Shown: positions 1 to 9,295, counted from the stretch's first letter. The stretch is 38,259 nt of DNA from Acholeplasmataceae bacterium (GCA_012744295.1 JAAYIB010000021.1:1-38259); one strand, 5' to 3'. A program made the numbers and translations. Notes: generated by a model not told the origin, from the sequence alone.

Positions 1-84
1 ATCAGATTTTAGGCTTGACGTACGGTTCGTCCGAAGATCGGGAACTGTGCAAATTATTAAAAAGCATTATTGAGGGGGAGAAAC

Positions 85-1251
85 ATGTTTGCAGGATTTA
101 AAACAATCGGCACGTTTGCCGTGGCGGCCGTCCTGGTCAGCGGCCTTATTGCCGGCTGCGGCTCCAAGAGCGACAAGGATTTAAAGATCGGCATGATTTA
201 TGAGTTGACAGGAAATACCGCTTCCTACGGTACCTCAGCTGCTAACGGGGCAAAGCTGGCCTTCAAGGAGATCAATGCGGCGGGCGGTGTGTTAGGCAAG
301 CAAATACAGCTCGTTACGGCAGACAACAAGGGAGAACCGTCCGAGTCCGCCAACGCTATGTCGAAGGTAATAAGTCAGAACAAGGTAGTGGCAATTACCG
401 GGTTTACTGTCAGTTCCTGCGGTATCGCGGCGTCGGCCGTTGCTGAAGCAAACAAGATTCCTTTTGTTGCGGCAGCTACCGTTAACCCGAGGGTTACGGT
501 TGATGAAAGGACAGGAAAGGTAAAAGAGTATACCTTCCGAGCCTGCTTTATCGATTCCTTCCAGGGAACTGTCGGTGCGAATTTCGCCCTTAACGGACTT
601 AAGGCAAAAAGGACGGCTGTCATGACGGATACCTCCAGCGATTACAGCAAGGGACTGGCGGATGTTTTTAAAAGCACCTATACAAAAGCCGGCGGAAACG
701 TTGTTGCGGAAGAGTTCTATTTGCAGAAAGACCAGGATTACAAACCTATTCTTACAAAAATCAAAGCACAGAACCCTGATCTGATTTACATTCCGGGTTA
801 TTATGAAGATGTTGGCAAGATTATCAAGCAGGCAAGGGAACTGGGCATGAATATGCCGGTTTTGGGCGGTGATGCCTGGGATTCTCCCGTGCTGGTGGAA
901 ATGGGCGGTGCCCAAGCCTTGAATAATACTTTCTTTACCAATTTCTATTCCATTGAGGATAAAAACCCGGTTTCGAATGCATTCGTGGAGTCCTATCGAA
1001 AGGAATACGGCAAGACCCCTGATTCCATGGCTGCGATGGGCTACGATGCGGCAAAGCTGTTAGTAGACGGTATTAAGCGGGCCAATAGTACGGAAGCCGG
1101 AAAAATCAAGGATGCCCTATCTGCGACGAAAAAATTCAGCAGTGTCAGTGGTGAGATGAGCCTTAATGAAAACCATGACGCGGTCAGAGGGGTAGTAATA
1201 ATAGAGTTGAAAGACGGTAAACAAGTTTATAAGGAAACGGTCAGGCCTTAA
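85..1251 (+). CDS. ABC transporter substrate-binding lipoprotein, LivJ/branched-chain amino acid-binding type (Peripla_BP_6-like)
   Basis: The ORF track opens at TTG 70, but ATG 85 sits about 5 nt after GAGGGGGAG and is the likelier start. The N-terminus is a signal peptide with lipobox LIAGC. The body resembles Leu/Ile/Val-binding periplasmic proteins (DLKIGMIYELTG..., GYYEDVGKIIKQAR). Confidence 0.8.
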   Translation: MFAGFKTIGTFAVAAVLVSGLIAGCGSKSDKDLKIGMIYELTGNTASYGTSAANGAKLAFKEINAAGGVLGKQIQLVTADNKGEPSESANAMSKVISQNKVVAITGFTVSSCGIAASAVAEANKIPFVAAATVNPRVTVDERTGKVKEYTFRACFIDSFQGTVGANFALNGLKAKRTAVMTDTSSDYSKGLADVFKSTYTKAGGNVVAEEFYLQKDQDYKPILTKIKAQNPDLIYIPGYYEDVGKIIKQARELGMNMPVLGGDAWDSPVLVEMGGAQALNNTFFTNFYSIEDKNPVSNAFVESYRKEYGKTPDSMAAMGYDAAKLLVDGIKRANSTEAGKIKDALSATKKFSSVSGEMSLNENHDAVRGVVIIELKDGKQVYKETVRP

Positions 1252-1268
1252 AGGCATGATACAATTAA

Positions 1269-1303
1269 CAAACCGGTCCGGCAAAGGGCCGGTTTGTTTT
1301 TTT
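1269..1303 (+). terminator. Rho-independent terminator after the binding-protein gene
   Basis: CAAACCGG(T)CC / GGCCGGTTTG forms a 10-bp stem with one bulge and a 7-nt loop, followed by T7. Confidence 0.8.
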
Positions 1304-1388
1304 CTTTCTCGAAAAGGATTGTGCAAAAACTATTGAAAATAGCTTATAATGTAGTTGGCAAGGAAGCCTGAAAAGAGGTGTCAATGCA

Positions 1389-2192
1389 ATGTCGCCGAAA
1401 ACGCTTTACATTCTTTCCGCGAGGTTATGGGCAGTCATTTCGTTTTTTGTCATGATTGCCGTCAATGTTTTGGCAAACCTGCTTCCGCTGAACGGAATTA
1501 CTACGGGTCAGGTTTCCGAAAAGTTTCCTACCCTGTTTACACCTGCGCCTGCCACTTTTGCTATCTGGGGCCTGATTTACATGCTGCTTGCCGCTTACAC
1601 TTTTCGCCAGTCTGGTGTTTTACAAAGGCTGAAGGATAGTGAGGATGATGTCGACAGCGATAAGATCAGGTTGGCTTTCTCGTTGTCTTCGCTTCTGAAT
1701 GCCTGTTGGCTTTTTGCCTGGCACAGTCTGCAGATAGGCTGGTCGCTGATTTTGTTGCTGCTGCTTTTTTTCTGCCTTGCCTACATCTATTTGCTTACAA
1801 GGAAGGAGAAGCCTGCTTGCGAAAAACTTGTGTTTCTGAGAATACCGTTCAGCGTTTACTTCGGCTGGATAACTGTCGCAGCCATCGCCAATCTGGCCGT
1901 CTATGCTGCAAGTGCCAGCTGGGATTTGTATGTTTCCGCAGAAACCGTCTGGACAATGTTTCTCTTAATCAGTGGGTTGATTGTAGGCGGGTGTATCATT
2001 TGCCGGTTTCGTGACGCGGTGTACGGAGCGGTTATGCTGTGGGCTTACGGCGGTATTTTGATCAGGCATTTGTCGGCTTCGGGTTTAGCAGGCCAGCATC
2101 CCTTGATTGTCATTACTATTGTACTTTGCCTGACGGTTTTTACGCTCGTTATCTTGTGGCCGTTATTGGGCAAAAAGGCAGGAAAAAGATAA
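1389..2192 (+). CDS. Polytopic membrane protein, TspO/MBR-related (tryptophan-rich sensory protein-like)
   Basis: GAGGTG lies 8 nt upstream of the ATG. The protein has multiple hydrophobic helices. The motif LFTPAPATFAIWGLIY resembles the TspO/MBR signature. The family assignment is from memory and only moderately certain. Confidence 0.55.
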   Translation: MSPKTLYILSARLWAVISFFVMIAVNVLANLLPLNGITTGQVSEKFPTLFTPAPATFAIWGLIYMLLAAYTFRQSGVLQRLKDSEDDVDSDKIRLAFSLSSLLNACWLFAWHSLQIGWSLILLLLLFFCLAYIYLLTRKEKPACEKLVFLRIPFSVYFGWITVAAIANLAVYAASASWDLYVSAETVWTMFLLISGLIVGGCIICRFRDAVYGAVMLWAYGGILIRHLSASGLAGQHPLIVITIVLCLTVFTLVILWPLLGKKAGKR

Positions 2193-2244
2193 AGTGCCTT
2201 TAGCTCGGGGATCTCTGGACAAGGTTTTACAGGAGGTGAAAAAT

Positions 2245-2901
2245 ATGCTTTTTCATGATAGGTATGACGCCGGAAAACGTTTGGCCGAGAAACTTGAAGC
2301 TTATAGGGGGCAAAACGTGGAAGTTTTCGCCCTGCCGAGAGGGGGTGTTCCTCTTGGCGCGGAAATCGCCGGCAGCCTTAAAGTTCCGCTGAACCTGATT
2401 ATAACAAAAAAAATCGGACATCCGCACAATCCGGAGTATGCAGTCGGGGCAGTTTCGGAAATGGGCAGCGTTGTTTATAATCAGGACGAAATCAGTGAAA
2501 TAAGCCCGCTCTGGCTCGAGCAGGAAATAAAAAACCTGCGCGAGGAGATAAACCGAAGACGTTCGGTTTATCTGCCCGGAAGATGCCCGACTGATCTTGG
2601 CGGTAAAACAGTTGTTATAGTTGATGACGGCATTGCCACCGGTTACACGATGGCAGCAGCCATCGAGGATTTGAAAAAGACAAAGCCGACAAAAATAGTT
2701 GTCGCGATTCCGGTCGTTCCTGAGGAAATCGCCTTAAGAATCGCAGGCAGCGTTGACGAATTGGTCGCGCTGCGGATTGAAAAATTCTATCTTGGTGCCG
2801 GCGGCTCTTACTACGAGAATTTTAGTCAGCTGCAAGATGCAGAAGTTATCGCGCTCCTGTCTTCATCAAAAGAGGGGGCGGGCGCCAAGGCCATTGATTG
2901 A
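2245..2901 (+). CDS. Phosphoribosyltransferase family protein
   Basis: AGGAGGTG lies 6 nt before ATG 2245 (the ORF track opens earlier, at 2194). The PRPP-binding motif VVIVDDGIATGYTM is present. The N-terminus FHDRYDAGKRLA...ALPRGGVP is typical of the putative PRTase family. Confidence 0.8.
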   Translation: MLFHDRYDAGKRLAEKLEAYRGQNVEVFALPRGGVPLGAEIAGSLKVPLNLIITKKIGHPHNPEYAVGAVSEMGSVVYNQDEISEISPLWLEQEIKNLREEINRRRSVYLPGRCPTDLGGKTVVIVDDGIATGYTMAAAIEDLKKTKPTKIVVAIPVVPEEIALRIAGSVDELVALRIEKFYLGAGGSYYENFSQLQDAEVIALLSSSKEGAGAKAID

Positions 2902-2932
2902 TGGCGCCAAAGTCTATTGGGGGGGAAAGAAG

Positions 2933-3514
2933 ATGCTCAACATCATTAAGAACAGAAGAAGCGTAAGGAGTTTCAAGGCTGAGCAAATAACCGACGGCGA
3001 GCTTGACTGCATTCTTGAGGCTGCTTGCTGCAGCCCCAGCGGCCATAATGCGCAGCCCTGGTTTTTCACGGTTATCCAGAACAAGGAGTTTATTGACTAC
3101 ATCAGCCTTAAAACCAAGCTGGTCATGACCGGTTCGGGCAATGAAAAAGCCCGAAGGTTGGGAACTTCCGAAAACTATCATGTTTTGCACGCGGCACCGA
3201 CGGTTATAATTGTTTCTGGTAAAACAGAAAAATCTGTCATAGACTTGCCGGGATATGAATTTTCCTCGTATTCTCCCCTCGCAGACTGCTCGGCCGCAAT
3301 CCAGAATATGCTGCTTGCCGCCGAGTCCATTGGCATAGGGAGTTGTTGGGTAGGCTTTGTCAATTATTTCTTTGCCCTGCCCGAAGAGGCAGCCAAGCTG
3401 AAGGTTCCCGACAACTACCGGCCTTTGTTTGCTGTCTGTCTCGGTTACAAGAGAAACGAAACAGCAATGCCTTTGCCTGTGCGGAAAACGGATTGTGTAA
3501 AATACATCAGATAG
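2933..3514 (+). CDS. Nitroreductase family protein (FMN-dependent)
   Basis: The internal ATG 2933 begins MLNIIKNRRSVRSF, the canonical nitroreductase N-terminus. HNAQPW is present. The longer ORF from 2753 overlaps the upstream gene and is rejected. Confidence 0.85.
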   Translation: MLNIIKNRRSVRSFKAEQITDGELDCILEAACCSPSGHNAQPWFFTVIQNKEFIDYISLKTKLVMTGSGNEKARRLGTSENYHVLHAAPTVIIVSGKTEKSVIDLPGYEFSSYSPLADCSAAIQNMLLAAESIGIGSCWVGFVNYFFALPEEAAKLKVPDNYRPLFAVCLGYKRNETAMPLPVRKTDCVKYIR

Positions 3515-3560
3515 TGATCGGCTAACGGTAAGTCCGGCAATTTCCTAACGGAAAATTAAA

Positions 3561-3590
3561 GAGGAAGCCCCCGAAGGGCTTCCTCTATTT
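3561..3590. terminator. Bidirectional intrinsic terminator between convergent genes
   Basis: GAGGAAGCCC-ccgaa-GGGCTTCCTC is a perfect 10-bp stem. It is flanked by an A-run upstream and a T-run downstream. Confidence 0.8.
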
Positions 3591-3601
3591 TTTATCAGGT
3601 G

Positions 3602-3958
3602 CTATCTCGTCTTTTTTGTATATTTTTTTCTGTTTTCATTCTGGGGATTGGTGATGTTTGGCTTGTCATGATGTTTTTTATTGTTTTTGGCATCCGTCTT
3701 TTCGTTGATTGGTTCCTGATTTTTCAATTCATCGCCGGCCCTATAGCCTGTTTCGGCGAGCGGCACGGAAAAAGAAGAATGCTCCTCCTTGGAGAATTCA
3801 CGTTCGGCAAGGAAGACGGGACAGGAAAGCCAGGCCAGGCCCTCGGCAATGTCTGCCTCGGCAATAATCAGGTTCATACCGCAAAATCCGCAAGTCTCTG
3901 CTGTATGGTCTTTAATAGTTGCTGTCTGCAGGGGTTTGACTTTTTTCCAGGTTTTCAT
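3602..3958 (-). CDS. Small hypothetical protein: Cys-containing N-terminal domain plus Lys/Asn-rich low-complexity tail
   Basis: AAAGGAGG lies 8 nt before ATG 3958 (MKTWKKVKPL...). The stop is 12 nt from the bidirectional terminator. The protein has CGFCG...SCP...EH motifs. I recognise no family. Confidence 0.5.
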   Translation of the reverse strand: MKTWKKVKPLQTATIKDHTAETCGFCGMNLIIAEADIAEGLAWLSCPVFLAEREFSKEEHSSFSVPLAETGYRAGDELKNQEPINEKTDAKNNKKHHDKPNITNPQNENRKKYTKKTR

Positions 3959-4027
3959 TTTGAAACCTCCTTTTGACAAATCTCAAAGATGCCGTCTAAA
4001 CATATAACAACATATTTTCAGAAAATT

Positions 4028-4039
4028 GTCAATATTGAC
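4028..4039. repeat. Perfect 12-bp palindrome GTCAATATTGAC overlapping the putative -35 of the small-protein gene
   Basis: Read directly from the sequence. Its minus-strand TTGACA (4027-4032) is followed after 17 nt by TGTTAT (4004-4009). Confidence 0.6.
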
Positions 4040-4058
4040 GGAGGCGAATGATAAAATT

Positions 4059-5534
4059 CTAACGGCGTCGTTTCCAGCGGCAGCTCGATTCCGACATCTT
4101 CCGTTGCAGTGCAATGTTCTCTTCGTGCGCTGAAGGCGGGAAGATGTTGCCGCCTATGAACTCTCTGAGAATGGAATTAAAAGGTACCTGTGAAAGATCG
4201 ATCGGTTCAAAAAAGGAGAGCAGTCGAAGCAGTCTTTGCTGTGTTTCGTAGTGTATGCTGTCGGGACCAATTTTTTTCAGGGCCGTTTCGGCAAAGGTTC
4301 TTAGGGCATTCATTTCATAGAGCAGGCTGGAGTTGAACATAACGTCACATTCTTCCTGATATTTGAAAACGTATTTGCCTTCGCCTCGTCTTACGCTCGG
4401 CCATTGCGTAAGAGTGCGCTCCGGAGAAAAACCGCGGAATTTATCGTCTCTGACCATGCGCCGCAGCATTCTGACCTCGGTTGTCGGAACCCTGTTCATA
4501 TAATCGATGTTGAGCCCGAAGAGAGCGCTTACATAGATTTTGAAGAAGACGCTCTTGGATAGATTGGCAATCAAGGCAGGGTTCAGGGCGTGAATGCCTT
4601 CAATGACGAGAATTTCCGAAGGGCCCAATTTCATGCGTCTGTTCTCCTTGCTGCGCAGCCCCAGGGTAAAATCAAAAATAGGCGTATCGACGGTTTCACC
4701 GTTGATCAGCTGTTCGATTTGCCGGTCCAGCAGCTTGAGATCCAGAGCCTCGAGTGCGTCAAAATCATAGTTGCCGTCAGCATCCAGCGGTGTTTGTTCG
4801 CGGTCAAGAAAATAATCGTCAAGAGCCAGAGGTACAGGTGTCAGGCCATTAACTCGCAGTTGAGTCGACAAACGGTGGGAAAAGGTTGTCTTGCCTGAAG
4901 ATGAAGGCCCGGAAATCAGGATTACCTTGACTGCCCTGCGCTCCCTCATAATCATGTCGGCAATATCGGATATTTGCTTTTCCTGCAGCGCCTCGGCAAT
5001 GTTGATTAATTCCAGATGCCGGCCCGACCTGATATATCTGTTGGTGTCTGTCACAAATTCGATATTGATGTTGCTTAGCCAGCGCTGTGACTTCCAATAG
5101 GTTTTGTAGAGTTTCTGAGGCATTGCGTAAGGGTAGGTAAGTTCGGTTTCATCACGCAGAAAGTCTACGAGATAGCCGCTGGAGAAGGGTATGATTCTAA
5201 AGAGGTCGACATCGGAGCTTCGTTCGTTCGCAGGATGGATTGACTTGATGATTAAACCGTCCACATCATAATGATAATAGCCGTTTTGGTTTTCAAGCAG
5301 CACGATCGGCTTGTCGGCCTTAATCCATTCCCGCAGGCGGGAATCTATCTGTCTGACCTCACGTTCCGACAGGGCCGAACCTGCCAACTTGCAAAAGACG
5401 CTTTCCTGAATTGAGCAAACGGTCTCAAAAGTCTCGCCGGGAAACAGGTCGTTCACGGCTTTAATCAGACCGAGCTTGATGGTCTGTCTTTCTTTCCTTA
5501 AATGTGTTTCGTGCATTAAATGTGTTTCGTGCAT
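4059..5534 (-). CDS. Uridine kinase/phosphoribulokinase-family nucleoside kinase with an N-terminal extension of about 190 aa
   Basis: The P-loop ISGPSSSGKTTF is followed by an LDDYF region typical of Udk/PRK-family proteins. AAGGTGG lies 5 nt upstream of ATG 5534. Confidence 0.8.
   Translation of the reverse strand: MHETHLMHETHLRKERQTIKLGLIKAVNDLFPGETFETVCSIQESVFCKLAGSALSEREVRQIDSRLREWIKADKPIVLLENQNGYYHYDVDGLIIKSIHPANERSSDVDLFRIIPFSSGYLVDFLRDETELTYPYAMPQKLYKTYWKSQRWLSNINIEFVTDTNRYIRSGRHLELINIAEALQEKQISDIADMIMRERRAVKVILISGPSSSGKTTFSHRLSTQLRVNGLTPVPLALDDYFLDREQTPLDADGNYDFDALEALDLKLLDRQIEQLINGETVDTPIFDFTLGLRSKENRRMKLGPSEILVIEGIHALNPALIANLSKSVFFKIYVSALFGLNIDYMNRVPTTEVRMLRRMVRDDKFRGFSPERTLTQWPSVRRGEGKYVFKYQEECDVMFNSSLLYEMNALRTFAETALKKIGPDSIHYETQQRLLRLLSFFEPIDLSQVPFNSILREFIGGNIFPPSAHEENIALQRKMSESSCRWKRRR
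5499..5534. repeat. Perfect 18-bp tandem duplication (2 copies) spanning the start codon of the kinase gene
   Basis: TAAATGTGTTTCGTGCAT occurs twice back to back, giving MHETHL-MHETHL on the minus strand. Confidence 0.95.
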
Positions 5535-5650
5535 TATGCCACCTTCATTTCCGAGTATATTTATGTTGCAGCGTATTTCTGGAAAAGCCTATATTAATAG
5601 TCTAACATTCTTTTGGCTACAAGTCATTCCCTGATGATGTCGGGAAAGGC

Positions 5651-5681
5651 TTGGACAATAAAAAAGGCGATATGCTATAAT
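5651..5681 (+). promoter_or_regulatory. Putative sigma-A promoter of the M20 peptidase gene
   Basis: TTGGACA is followed by an 18-nt spacer and the extended -10 TGCTATAAT. Confidence 0.5.
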
Positions 5682-5723
5682 GTGCTTGCTTAAAGGCAGA
5701 AGTACGCAGGACGGAGGTTTTTT

Positions 5724-6842
5724 ATGATAAACAAGGAACGGATGCTGCAAGAATTTTTTGAACTGGTACAGATAAACAGCAACTCTCTGAATGAGCGAGA
5801 GATAGGTGACCTCATGAAGTCAAGGCTGTCGAAGCTTGGAGCGGAGGTCGTCGAAGATGAGGCCGGGTCGGCAATAGGTGGCAATTGCGGTAACGTGATC
5901 GCGACCTTCCGCGGAACAAAAACGTCAGCGCCTATGATTATGCTGACCGCACATCTTGACTGTGTGGCGCCCTGCCACGATGTCAAGCCCCGGATAAGGA
6001 ACGGGGTTATAACCTCCGATGGCACGACCGTTCTTGGCGGTGACGATAAAGCGGGCGTGGCCGCGATTTTAGAGGCCTTGCGCGTCATGCGGGAGCAAGG
6101 ATTTGAACATGGAGGACTGCAGATTGTTCTTACGGTCTGTGAGGAGGGAGGGCTGAACGGCTCGCGCAATATAGACGGGGAGCTCTTAAAGGCGGAATTA
6201 GGTTACGCGCTTGATTCCAGCGGCAGGCCCGGAGAAATTGTTGTCAGCGCGCCGGGGCAAAATAAAATTTCCGTGAAAATCCATGGGAAAACGGCGCACG
6301 CCGGAATTGAACCGGAAAAAGGGTTAAATGCAATCCTGGCCGCGGCCAGGATTTTGTGCAGGGTGCCGCAGGGCCGCATTGATGAGGAAACTACCTGTAA
6401 TGTCGGTATCATTGCTGGAGGACGTGCGACCAACATTATTCCCGACCTGGTGGAAATTGAATGCGAGACCAGAAGCCGCAGCAAGGATAAGCTGGACAAA
6501 TTGACGGAGGAAATCAGGCAGGCCTTTTTCAAGGGAGCGGCCGAGTGCGGTGTTTCTATTGAAGTTGAAGTTTTTAGGGCTTATGATGCTTTTGTTATTT
6601 CTCCCGAAAGCGGAAATGTCCGGCTTGCCAAAGAAGCCGCCGATAGGGCCGAACTTGTCGCAACGCTTGGCGAAACGGGCGGAGGCAGCGACGCGAACAA
6701 TTTCAACAAACTCGGCATAGAGTGCACAATTTTGGGTATCGGCATGCAAAAGGTTCACACTTGTGAGGAATTCATTCTCGAGGAGGATCTCTATAAGACA
6801 GCCGAGTGGCTCTTGGAAATAATCAAGGGCGCGGCCCGCTGA
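5724..6842 (+). CDS. M20-family metallopeptidase, peptidase T-like (tripeptidase, YqjE/PepT type)
   Basis: GGAGGT lies 6 nt upstream. The metal-binding motifs HLDCV, GGDDKAGVAA and EEGGLNGS are present. Confidence 0.85.
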   Translation: MINKERMLQEFFELVQINSNSLNEREIGDLMKSRLSKLGAEVVEDEAGSAIGGNCGNVIATFRGTKTSAPMIMLTAHLDCVAPCHDVKPRIRNGVITSDGTTVLGGDDKAGVAAILEALRVMREQGFEHGGLQIVLTVCEEGGLNGSRNIDGELLKAELGYALDSSGRPGEIVVSAPGQNKISVKIHGKTAHAGIEPEKGLNAILAAARILCRVPQGRIDEETTCNVGIIAGGRATNIIPDLVEIECETRSRSKDKLDKLTEEIRQAFFKGAAECGVSIEVEVFRAYDAFVISPESGNVRLAKEAADRAELVATLGETGGGSDANNFNKLGIECTILGIGMQKVHTCEEFILEEDLYKTAEWLLEIIKGAAR

Positions 6843-6941
6843 GTCTGAGGCTCTGCCTTATGAAAAAAGCCAATCAAGCCTTGAATTGCCTGTTGCCTGG
6901 CAAGGTTGGGACCGACGATTGCCGGTTTTTTCCTGAAAAAG

Positions 6942-6970
6942 TTGAATTCAGCCTGGGCAATGCGTATAAT
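6942..6970 (+). promoter_or_regulatory. Putative sigma-A promoter of the ACT-UPF0210-nth operon
   Basis: TTGAAT, 17-nt spacer, TATAAT. Confidence 0.5.
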
Positions 6971-7027
6971 AATACTATTATTCAACTTGAAAAGTCTGAT
7001 TGTGCATAAAGAAAGGATGAAGATGCG

Positions 7028-7297
7028 ATGCGTATAGTATTGACAATCGTCGGTAAAGACAGGGTAGGCATCATTGCCAAGGTCAGCTGCCTGCTGGCTG
7101 CACACGGGGTAAATATCTTGAATATCAATCAAAACATACTTGAAGGCTTCTTCAACATGGTTTTGATTGCAGACATGTCAGGCTCTGACATCAGCCTGAA
7201 GAATCTTAAAGACCTGGCGACAGAGCTCGGCCGGGAAATCGGGGTTGACATCCGGGTGCAGCACGAAGAAATATTTACGGCAATGCACCAAATCTGA
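7028..7297 (+). CDS. ACT domain-containing protein (UPF0237 family)
   Basis: The 89-aa protein begins [20 protein letters not shown]...GVNILNINQ, a typical stand-alone ACT fold sequence. Confidence 0.85.
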   Translation: MRIVLTIVGKDRVGIIAKVSCLLAAHGVNILNINQNILEGFFNMVLIADMSGSDISLKNLKDLATELGREIGVDIRVQHEEIFTAMHQI

Positions 7298-7307
7298 GGA
7301 GGCAGTC

Positions 7308-8666
7308 ATGTTTGACATTAAGGATATTTTAGAAACCAACAGGATGATAACCGAAAACAATCTTGACGTAAGAACAATCACCATGGGCATCAGCCTCAGG
7401 GACTGCGCCCATCCCGACATAAATGTCACCGCACAGAAAATTTATGACAAGATTACGCACAAAGCCGAACGCCTGGTAAAGGTCGGCGAGGATCTGGAAA
7501 CCGAGTTTGGTGTTCCCATCATTAACAAAAGGATTTCTGTAACTCCGATTTCGATGATTGGCGAAAGCTGCGACACAAATAGCTACGTACCCTTGGCGAA
7601 AGCTTTGGACGCCGCCGCTAAAGCGATAGGCGTCAATTTTATCGGCGGCTTCTCGGCCCTGGTTGACAAGGGTTATACCAAAGGCGACAGGATCTTGATT
7701 GCCTCCATTCCCGAAGCGCTGTCCGTGACCGACATAGTTTGTTCCTCGGTTGCAATTGGTTCGACGAAGTGCGGCATTAACATGGACGCAGTTGCGGAAA
7801 TGGGCCGAATCATCAAGGCTGCGGCTGAAATGACAGCTGACAGGGACGCCATTGCCTGCGCCAAGCTCGTTGTTTTCTGCAACGCTGTACCTGACAATCC
7901 CTTTATGGCTGGTGCTTTTCATGGTGTCACGGAACCCGAGACAGTTATCAACGTCGGCGTAAGCGGACCCGGAGTCGTGAAAAGAGCGCTGGAAGATGTA
8001 AGGGGTCGGGATATTGGCGCTGTTGCCGAAACAATCAAGAAAACAGCTTTTAAAATAACCCGTGTGGGGCAGTTGGTTGCCCAAGAAGCTGCAAGACGCC
8101 TGAATACGGAATTTGGCATCATCGACTTGTCACTCGCGCCTACGCCGGCAGTCGGTGACAGCGTGGCACATATTCTGGAAGAAATGGGGCTGGAAAGCTG
8201 CGGAGGACCGGGAACGACCGCGGCTCTTGCCCTGCTCAATGACGCGGTTAAAAAGGGCGGCCTGATGGCTTCAAGCTATGTCGGCGGTTTGAGCGGCGCC
8301 TTTATCCCGGTCAGTGAAGATGCGGGCATGATTGCGGCAGTTGAACGCGGCAGTCTTTCTTTGGAAAAATTGGAGGCGATGACCTGCGTCTGTTCGGTCG
8401 GCCTTGACATGATAGCAATTCCCGGAACGGTTACGGCCAGGACCATTTCCGCAATTATTGCCGATGAGGCAGCCATTGGCATGATTAATAACAAGACTAC
8501 CGCGGTTCGTCTTATTCCCGTACCCGGCAAGAAGGTCGGTGATACGGTCGAATTCGGCGGTCTGCTCGGACATTGCCCGGTTATGGCAGTGAACGCCTTC
8601 AAGCCCGATGTTTTTATTGACCGGGGCGGAAGGATTCCTGCGCCCGTAAGGAGCCTTACCAACTGA
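7308..8666 (+). CDS. UPF0210 / DUF711 family protein (PFL4705-like)
   Basis: GAGGAGG precedes ATG 7308. [14 protein letters not shown]...[12 protein letters not shown] is the characteristic N-terminus of the roughly 450-aa UPF0210 family. This family is usually paired with the small ACT protein. Confidence 0.85.
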   Translation: MFDIKDILETNRMITENNLDVRTITMGISLRDCAHPDINVTAQKIYDKITHKAERLVKVGEDLETEFGVPIINKRISVTPISMIGESCDTNSYVPLAKALDAAAKAIGVNFIGGFSALVDKGYTKGDRILIASIPEALSVTDIVCSSVAIGSTKCGINMDAVAEMGRIIKAAAEMTADRDAIACAKLVVFCNAVPDNPFMAGAFHGVTEPETVINVGVSGPGVVKRALEDVRGRDIGAVAETIKKTAFKITRVGQLVAQEAARRLNTEFGIIDLSLAPTPAVGDSVAHILEEMGLESCGGPGTTAALALLNDAVKKGGLMASSYVGGLSGAFIPVSEDAGMIAAVERGSLSLEKLEAMTCVCSVGLDMIAIPGTVTARTISAIIADEAAIGMINNKTTAVRLIPVPGKKVGDTVEFGGLLGHCPVMAVNAFKPDVFIDRGGRIPAPVRSLTN

Positions 8667-9295
8667 TGCTTAAAGGCAGGAAGAAGGAAATACTTGCATG
8701 TCTTGAAGAAACCTACGGGGGGATGGAAACAGCGCTGCATTATGAATCTCCCTTCGAGCTTCTTGTCGCTGTGATTTTGTCGGCCCAGTGCACGGACGAA
8801 CGGGTGAACAAGATTACTGCAAGAATTTTTCCCAGGTATGCTTCGCCGCAGAAAATGGCCGGACTGACTCAGGAGCAAATGGAGGAAATGATTCGCGACT
8901 GCGGTTTGTTCCGGGCAAAAGCTAAAAACATTCTAAGCACGTGCCAAAGGCTGCTCGAGAACTTTAACGGCGAAGTTCCTTCAAGTATTGAGGACTTGAT
9001 GACTTTGCCCGGCGTCGGCAAGAAAACGGCAAACGTGATAGCCAGCGTGGTGTTTAATGTTCCGGCAATAGCTGTGGATACTCACGTATTTAGGGTTTCG
9101 CACCGACTTGGTCTGTCTTGCGGCAAAGACCCGCTGGCGGTGGAAAAGGACTTGATGAAAACGATTCCTCGTGAAAAATGGGGCGAGGCTCATCATTGGC
9201 TGATCTGGCATGGCCGCAAGCTCTGCAAGGCCAGGAAGCCGCTCTGCCCCGATTGTCCGCTTGCAGAGCTGTGTATCTATGAAGACAAGCAATGA
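8666..9295 (+). CDS. nth: Endonuclease III (DNA-(apurinic or apyrimidinic site) lyase)
   Basis: The HhH-GPD region LPGVGKKTANV is present, with the C-terminal 4Fe-4S motif C-x6-C-x2-C-x5-C (CKARKPLCPDCPLAELC). The start overlaps the upstream stop (TGATG). Confidence 0.92.
   Translation: MLKGRKKEILACLEETYGGMETALHYESPFELLVAVILSAQCTDERVNKITARIFPRYASPQKMAGLTQEQMEEMIRDCGLFRAKAKNILSTCQRLLENFNGEVPSSIEDLMTLPGVGKKTANVIASVVFNVPAIAVDTHVFRVSHRLGLSCGKDPLAVEKDLMKTIPREKWGEAHHWLIWHGRKLCKARKPLCPDCPLAELCIYEDKQ

Noticed and set aside
3599-3976. A plus-strand 125-aa ORF that mirrors the minus-strand small-protein ORF almost exactly.
   Set aside because: It begins at a GTG immediately after the terminator T-tract, with no separate promoter or Shine-Dalgarno sequence. 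Its hydrophobic look is the complement of the Lys/Asn-rich (AAA/AAT) tail on the other strand. The minus-strand ORF has AAAGGAGG, a promoter-like region and a terminator. Strand choice still deserves experimental confirmation.
7329-8878. Minus-strand ORFs of 251, 200, 106 and 100 aa across the UPF0210 gene and the start of nth.
   Set aside because: They are antisense to well-supported sense genes and lack start context. Their composition is typical of shadow ORFs.
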